Assembly (NCBI GenBank): GCA_964536205.1
Contig: CAZHVT010000005.1
Coordinates: 24,076 to 88,075, forward strand
Source: an uncultured Gammaproteobacteria bacterium
Lineage (GTDB): Bacteria > Patescibacteriota > Patescibacteriia > Magasanikbacterales > GCA-002688135
Direction: 5' to 3'
Length of the DNA: 64,000 nucleotides
The translations under genes were made by a program, and so were the position numbers. The notes under the pieces are model-generated. The model saw nothing but the letters and a program-made list of their open reading frames with translations, made no database searches and had not been told where the DNA came from. Shown piece after piece: positions 58,402-64,000 of this stretch; positions within the stretch are counted from its first letter, which is position 1, and every line of letters starts with the position of its first letter.

Positions 58402-59547
58402 GTGACTACATCCATCACCATCCGAAGGCCAGATGATTTTCATCTGCATCTGAGACAAGACGATCAACTGAAAGAAGTTCTGGGCTACTCGGCGAATGTG
58501 TTTGGTCGGGTTATTCCGATGCCAAATATTCGCACGAAAGATAAGCCTTTTAAAAAGAACATGCCGTCACCACCTGTGTGGAATGCTTCTACCATGGAAT
58601 TGTATCGTCGTGAGATTAAAGGTGTTTTACATGGACGATGTATGCCTATGCGTGAAAGTAAGATGCAACTTCTTATGAGTATCGCACTTCTTGATGAGAC
58701 GAGGCCAGAGCACATATATGGCGCAGTGGAAGCTGGTGCTGTGATTGCGAAAGCTTATCCGAAAAATCCGGAAGATGAGCAGGCTCCCAATAATATCTCA
58801 TCGATTCTGAATGGTCCTGTTGGTGAGATGACGACGAATTCCGAATATGGCGTAACTGATTTCCGCGAACCACAATTCCAACCGACCCTTGAGGCGATGA
58901 GAATTAACGGTTTGGTGCTTTCCATTCATGGCGAGCAGCCCGGTAAATTTTGCATGGACCGCGAGCGAGAATTTCTCCGAACATTGGTCTGGCTGCATGA
59001 GCATTTCCCTGATCTCAAGATTGTACTTGAACATATCACTTCGAAAGCCGCACTTGATTGCGTTCGCTCTCTTGGTGAGAGTGTAGCCGCAACCGTTACG
59101 GTTCATCATCTGATTTTGACATTAGATGATGTGATTGGTGGGAAGATCAATCCACACAACTTCTGCAAACCGATTGCGAAACGTCCTGAAGATCAGGAAG
59201 CTTTGCTTGGTGCAGTACTTGAAGGTTTCCCGCGTTTGTTCTTGGGAACTGATAGCGCTCCCCATCTTCGTGAAACGAAGGAATGTGCTGATGGTTGTGC
59301 CGGGGTGTTTAGCGCGCCCGTGGCGATGCAGGTTCTGTGTCAGTTATTTCAAGAGTGCGATGCACTTGATCGACTCGAACCATTCACATCTGAGTTTGGT
59401 GCGCGATTCTATGGATTGCCGCTAAATGATGATACGATCACACTGGTTTTCGAGCCTTGGGTTGTGCCGCAACTTTGTGGTGGCGTTGTTCCATATATGG
59501 CTGGTCGCACACTCAATTGGCAGATTGAAGGCGTGGAGGTGTTCTAA
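58402..59547 (+). CDS. pyrC: Dihydroorotase, homodimeric E. coli-type
   Basis: RRPDDFHLHLR, MPN, TTNS..GV, HGE, LEHITS, FCKP, FLGTDSAPH..KE...GCAG. GTG start at 58402 after AAGGAG. Confidence 0.92.
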   Translation: MTTSITIRRPDDFHLHLRQDDQLKEVLGYSANVFGRVIPMPNIRTKDKPFKKNMPSPPVWNASTMELYRREIKGVLHGRCMPMRESKMQLLMSIALLDETRPEHIYGAVEAGAVIAKAYPKNPEDEQAPNNISSILNGPVGEMTTNSEYGVTDFREPQFQPTLEAMRINGLVLSIHGEQPGKFCMDREREFLRTLVWLHEHFPDLKIVLEHITSKAALDCVRSLGESVAATVTVHHLILTLDDVIGGKINPHNFCKPIAKRPEDQEALLGAVLEGFPRLFLGTDSAPHLRETKECADGCAGVFSAPVAMQVLCQLFQECDALDRLEPFTSEFGARFYGLPLNDDTITLVFEPWVVPQLCGGVVPYMAGRTLNWQIEGVEVF

Positions 59548-60251
59548 TGACTGATCTATTTGAACAACATTTCGAGCATCAGAATGTTCCGACAACTGTT
59601 GCCGAAGTTGAGGCGATACTTGCCGATCTTGAGCTTATTGTCACAGGCGATCACTTTGTTTACAAAAGTGGTGAGCACGGTGATGCATATGTGAACAAGA
59701 ATTACGTGACGCTTTTCCCGGAGTTAGTGAAACATATCGCACGATTGATGGCCAAGCAGCTCAGACATCGTGGCACCGAACTGATTGTGTCTCCTGCAAC
59801 TGGTGGTATTTCGCTGGGTCAGTGGGTCGCACATGAAATGCGCGTTGATCCAACGCTTTCAAATCCTCTCTTCATCTACGCAGATAAAGCTGGTGAAGAT
59901 CGGTTTGTGATTCGTCGGAACTACGACAAGCTTGTTTCTGGAAAACGTGTTGTCGTTGTTGAAGATATCGTCAACAGCGGTTTGACATCGCGCATGCTGA
60001 TGACTGAAGTTGAGCGATTAGGCGGATCTGTCGTCGTACTTTCCGCGTTGTACAATCGCGGTGGACGAACGGAGGATGATTTTCCTCTGCCTAACGGAAG
60101 CGACTGCCCATTTTGCCCGCTTATCAACCGACAACTTCGTAAGTTTCCTGGCGATGACTGTCCTTTATGTCAGGCCGGAAAACCGATCAATACAGATCTT
60201 GGACATGGCGCTGCATTTGTTGCGGAGCATGGCCAGCCAAAAGCTGTATAA
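59547..60251 (+). CDS. pyrE: Orotate phosphoribosyltransferase
   Basis: HFVYKSG.H...Y, PRPP motif VVVVEDIVNSG, CPLC tail; operon context. Confidence 0.85.
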   Translation: MTDLFEQHFEHQNVPTTVAEVEAILADLELIVTGDHFVYKSGEHGDAYVNKNYVTLFPELVKHIARLMAKQLRHRGTELIVSPATGGISLGQWVAHEMRVDPTLSNPLFIYADKAGEDRFVIRRNYDKLVSGKRVVVVEDIVNSGLTSRMLMTEVERLGGSVVVLSALYNRGGRTEDDFPLPNGSDCPFCPLINRQLRKFPGDDCPLCQAGKPINTDLGHGAAFVAEHGQPKAV

Positions 60252-60260
60252 AAAAGATAC

Positions 60261-60285
60261 CCGACACGCATGCGTGTCGGTTTTT
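60261..60285. terminator. Bidirectional terminator, perfect 20-bp palindrome
   Basis: CCGACACGCATGCGTGTCGG between convergent genes. Confidence 0.75.
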
Positions 60286-62287
60286 ATTTTGAGGCGTATG
60301 TGAATACGTCGTTTGAGAGTGTGATCAATTCTAATTTGTGGTCGTTATCAATATCTGAAAGATGTACTTGTACACCTCGTGAGTTTTTTACTGATCCTGT
60401 AAAATATTCGTTTTTTAAGTCGCCTGTATTTGAGTAAATTTTTACGTGTGGGCCTCCACCGATTCCTGTTCCTGTGATGATTTCATTTTGTGCATCGTCA
60501 TCAATATTTCCGATTGCAACATGAACTCCGCCGTGGAAGTATCGTGTGTATGGAATCCATGAGCGTATATATGATCCATTTGATTCTAAAAGATGTACTC
60601 GTGGTGTAGTGCCTTTTCCTGTTCCCACAGCAATATGTGACTTACTCACCGCAATATTGATTCCAATGTGTTTTGGAATACTTGGAACTCGTTTTACTCC
60701 GCCCACCTCTTTTCCAAATTGTTCGTAAATTCTATATTCTGGTGCGCCTGTTTTTCTTCCAACTACAATATCTTTGCTTCCGTCATTATTAAAATCTGTG
60801 ATGGCGATTGAGAGTTCTCCTGTGTATCCAATAAATGGCTCCATAACTCCGCGTACGTGCTTTCCACGACTAAAAGTTTTTATTAATCCGTTGTTTGCTG
60901 TGAGCACATCATCAAATCCATCACCATCTAAATCTGTGGTGAGTAATTGTGTTCCACCTAGAATGTTTTCGTTGTATGCGAAAAATCCATTTCGTTTTTT
61001 TGTTCCATCAATATCATAAATTCGCACAAATGATCCATTTGCATATGCGACATTTTTTACAACTCCGAGTGGACGCAGCAAGATTTTTCCATCATTACTT
61101 GCAAGTTTAATTGATTCGACTATTCTTCCGTTGTTGTGAAGTGGATCCTGCTTTCCACGAATCGCTTCAAATTCCCCTCCTAAATCAATATCTTGAGAAT
61201 TGGATGTTGCATTTACGATTGCCACACCATTTGCAAATTCTCGCTTCCATACCCCATCTGAAATTTTACTGTGCTCTACAAAATCTTTTTTTGCCTTGCT
61301 CTTTGCATCCCCCAACACCACATCATATTCATCATAACGCCATGTTTCTGCATGTGTTGCATCTCCGTTATCGAAACTGTAGTAGGCGTCTGTGAGTAGC
61401 GTGCTTGTCAGTCCGAATCGCATGTGACGGTAATCTTGAAGAAATCCTGAATTTTGTACATTTGAATTTAAAATAGAAACTGTTGGTGTCAGACTTTTTG
61501 ATTCAACATCCTTTGTTTTGTTTAGTCCATGTGCGAAATTATCTTCTCCGAAATGTTCGTACAGCGCACCGTTTACATGTGGTGCATAGACGTGACCACC
61601 ATTTGCGATGATGATTTTATCTGGATGCAAATGTTTTGTTTTTTGGAAAATTTTCACCATGCCGTCACGCCATTGATTGTCGTTGTGTGGACGTTGCGTG
61701 TCTAATTTTCCATCTCGATTCAAATCTGTTCCTTGTGGCATAAAGTATGAAATGTTGTCCCATGAGTTATCATAAAAGACACCATCCCATAATTCATTTG
61801 ATAGAATATTTTTCGATACAAACTCTGGCAAAAAGTCATTCCATTTTTGGTTCGCATTATTTTTTCCAGATCCATTTGTTACATTCAATAATTTTGTTCC
61901 TGGCCACCAACTCAATTGTTTCCCATTTTGATCTGTGAGCCACCAACTTTTGTGAATACTATTGTTTAGTTTGTATCGCAGCGGAGAACTGTGTTGGAGT
62001 GATGTTGCATCTCGACGAATTTCTTGTGAAGTGATATATGCGAGAATCACTATGTCAGGATTTTTTGCTCGCATGCGTTTCATGAGATTTCTCGAGTGAT
62101 TCTGAACCTCCATATCTAGGACTACTACATCCCATTTTGATAGTGCATCAGCTTGCGCGGCTGTTAATTTCCATTCTAAAAATACATTTGCGATTTTGGG
62201 ATATTGATGATTTTCGACATTCGCGTGCGCAACGTTTCCAACCAATAAAAAAATGAGGCTGAGAACCCCACCGACAGCAAATCTCAT
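60284..62287 (-). CDS. Secreted putative glycoside hydrolase-like (TIM-barrel) protein with FG-GAP-like repeats
   Basis: Signal peptide, KNPDIVILAY, WDGVFYDN, WRYDEY, VWKREF.NG; C-terminal DLDGDG/DFNNDG and GGGPHVKI repeats. Confidence 0.65.
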   Translation of the reverse strand: MRFAVGGVLSLIFLLVGNVAHANVENHQYPKIANVFLEWKLTAAQADALSKWDVVVLDMEVQNHSRNLMKRMRAKNPDIVILAYITSQEIRRDATSLQHSSPLRYKLNNSIHKSWWLTDQNGKQLSWWPGTKLLNVTNGSGKNNANQKWNDFLPEFVSKNILSNELWDGVFYDNSWDNISYFMPQGTDLNRDGKLDTQRPHNDNQWRDGMVKIFQKTKHLHPDKIIIANGGHVYAPHVNGALYEHFGEDNFAHGLNKTKDVESKSLTPTVSILNSNVQNSGFLQDYRHMRFGLTSTLLTDAYYSFDNGDATHAETWRYDEYDVVLGDAKSKAKKDFVEHSKISDGVWKREFANGVAIVNATSNSQDIDLGGEFEAIRGKQDPLHNNGRIVESIKLASNDGKILLRPLGVVKNVAYANGSFVRIYDIDGTKKRNGFFAYNENILGGTQLLTTDLDGDGFDDVLTANNGLIKTFSRGKHVRGVMEPFIGYTGELSIAITDFNNDGSKDIVVGRKTGAPEYRIYEQFGKEVGGVKRVPSIPKHIGINIAVSKSHIAVGTGKGTTPRVHLLESNGSYIRSWIPYTRYFHGGVHVAIGNIDDDAQNEIITGTGIGGGPHVKIYSNTGDLKNEYFTGSVKNSRGVQVHLSDIDNDHKLELITLSNDVFTYASK

Positions 62288-62291
62288 CAAC

Positions 62292-63533
62292 TTATGATTG
62301 ACGCGACTTGATGGCTTTTTTGTATATGTTGATAAGCGATTCATAATGAGTATCTTCATCATTCACCTTCTTTAATTGCGCTTGCGCAGCTTTGCCGAAA
62401 GCACGAATTAATGGCTTATCGTACCACAATTTTCGGATTTTGTCAATCCATTGATCGATATTATCATGCGCGCAAATAAACCCATTTTTTTTATTTTTTA
62501 TAATCTCTGGAATTCCGCCCAAATCTGAACCTATCGCCCCCCGACCTGCAGCAAATTGCTCTAATAATGAGATAGGATAATTTTCGTACCATTGCGAAGG
62601 GATAAGCAAAAATGCAGATTTCTCTCTTAACTTTTTGACTTTAGCAGCTGATACATGTCCATGCAATTTCACGTTCCGTAAGTCTTGTGCTTGAATCAAC
62701 ATCTCAACATCATGTCGAAGCGGTCCATCTCCCGCGATATCAAAAGTGATGTCTCTAAATACTTTTGCGCATTGCAACACCACATTAATTCCTTTTTCCC
62801 GTGCGAGTCGTCCTACATATAAAATATTATCTCCCGGAGCCGAGGCTTTTTCTTCTGCCTCAAGTCCATAGTGCAGCACATCGATATTCTTTCCGCTTCT
62901 CCCCCACTCTACATTTTTTTTCTTCATGAAATCACTTGGCGCAATAAATCTATCAATATATTTGTCATACCACCCGAACAATGACTGCGCGTACATTTCT
63001 GTAGCGACTACTGCTGATGCGGCACGTGAATCAAAAATACATTTGAACTTTACTGCTTTGTAATACTTTCTGCTTTTGCATCTTTCGCAAATACTTCCTT
63101 GTGTGAACATTGCGTGATTTGGACAGAGTCGTTTGTAATCGTGCAGTGTTTGAACAACTGGAATTTCATGTCTTTTTAAAACCCCGAGAATGCTTGGCGA
63201 GAGATGATGATAGATGTTGTGGATGTGTGCAATTTCCGGACGTTCGTCTGTGCATAATCGATCTAGTTTTTTTGCAGCTTCTTTTGAATAAATAATTCCG
63301 AGCGCTTCTTTCGCCTTGAGCGTCAGTTTTCCCTTTGCTTCATAATCATCTCGAGATATATTTCGCTGATCAACAAAATATTTTTTGTATTTTGTTTTGA
63401 TATTTTTTTTGTGATCCATTCCAAAGTATGACACATCGTGTCCATGTTTTTTTAGATATTCTGCGGTGTCTATTGCATATACGTCTGCACCGCCGTGTCT
63501 GTACCAAAATTTGTTAATCTGGAGCACCTTCAT
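62292..63533 (-). CDS. GT4 glycosyltransferase
   Basis: HIHNIYHHLSPS, TLHDY..CP, YVGRL.REKG, PSQWYEN.P. Confidence 0.9.
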   Translation of the reverse strand: MKVLQINKFWYRHGGADVYAIDTAEYLKKHGHDVSYFGMDHKKNIKTKYKKYFVDQRNISRDDYEAKGKLTLKAKEALGIIYSKEAAKKLDRLCTDERPEIAHIHNIYHHLSPSILGVLKRHEIPVVQTLHDYKRLCPNHAMFTQGSICERCKSRKYYKAVKFKCIFDSRAASAVVATEMYAQSLFGWYDKYIDRFIAPSDFMKKKNVEWGRSGKNIDVLHYGLEAEEKASAPGDNILYVGRLAREKGINVVLQCAKVFRDITFDIAGDGPLRHDVEMLIQAQDLRNVKLHGHVSAAKVKKLREKSAFLLIPSQWYENYPISLLEQFAAGRGAIGSDLGGIPEIIKNKKNGFICAHDNIDQWIDKIRKLWYDKPLIRAFGKAAQAQLKKVNDEDTHYESLINIYKKAIKSRQS

Positions 63534-64000
63534 AACGTATATTCATAAATAGACACTCGATCTTGCGATGGTTTATCTAATTGGGTTGGTTCCCATGGAT
63601 CGATTGGAAATACGTACGAAACAACGCGCGTTCCTGGATTACAACTCTCTTCTAATTTTTTTGCCAGTCTTTTTTTCATGGGTCCAGGCATTCCAAAAAT
63701 ATAAATGATGTTTGCGTCGGAATAATCGCTGTCAAAACAACTCTCATGACGAACCTCAAAACGATCTTTCTTTCCGATTTTTTTTCTGATTTGGGAGATA
63801 AGTGCCATCGGCCATGCTCTTTCAATTCCCACTACTTTTGCGTCGCTATTATCATGCACGTATAAACTTACTCGACCGTTTCCACATCCTATTTCATATA
63901 CGGTATCATCTGGCCCCGCATTAATCATCTTGTGAATTCTTTCTAAATCTTTTTTGCGCGCAGGCACCCACGGCGCTAAAGAGTATCCCGCGATTCCCAT
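63530..64000 (-). CDS. SAM-dependent methyltransferase (5' end probably outside window)
   Basis: APWVP, YEIGCGNGR, PGTRVVSYVF. Confidence 0.8.
   Translation of the reverse strand: MGIAGYSLAPWVPARKKDLERIHKMINAGPDDTVYEIGCGNGRVSLYVHDNSDAKVVGIERAWPMALISQIRKKIGKKDRFEVRHESCFDSDYSDANIIYIFGMPGPMKKRLAKKLEESCNPGTRVVSYVFPIDPWEPTQLDKPSQDRVSIYEYTL

Noticed and set aside
1-64000. Short overlapping/antisense ORFs of 60-200 aa in the ORF track
   Set aside because: Shadows of longer motif-bearing genes with no recognisable motifs of their own.
1-64000. Alternative genetic code (TGA=Gly), tRNA/rRNA genes, IS elements
   Set aside because: TGA ends complete genes with ATGA coupling; no tRNA, rRNA or transposase signatures seen.

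Overview
Bacterial DNA in standard code 11 (TGA stops, many ATGA overlaps). Gene content and style suggest Patescibacteria/CPR (Parcubacteria/ABY1-like); this is inference from the S-layer-like N-terminal domain, the ECF sigma + DUF5667-like pair and the mostly SD-less starts. About 47 kb (1-47 kb, plus 60-64 kb) is a cell-surface glycosylation supercluster: GT2/GT4 enzymes, four multi-TM GT-C-like domains, seven methyltransferase domains, formyltransferase, deacetylase, AsnB amidotransferase, MBOAT + SGNH-like pair, nucleotide-sugar enzymes and four O-antigen-ligase/O-OTase-like + TPR paralogs. These lie next to an Ig-like protein and a 1.2-kaa S-layer-like protein, followed by an ECF sigma module and a pyrD-pyrC-pyrE operon. 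The most unusual signals are non-coding: (i) heptamer-repeat hairpins filling gene junctions from stop codon to next start codon; (ii) a synonymously recoded 13-codon duplicate of a GT4 5' end; (iii) a conserved-flank/variable-stem motif found twice; (iv) a highly structured leader upstream of the S-layer-like gene. A myxobacteria-style Cys-repeat lipoprotein cassette sits among the ligase paralogs. Product calls come from motif recognition by eye; no database search was run.
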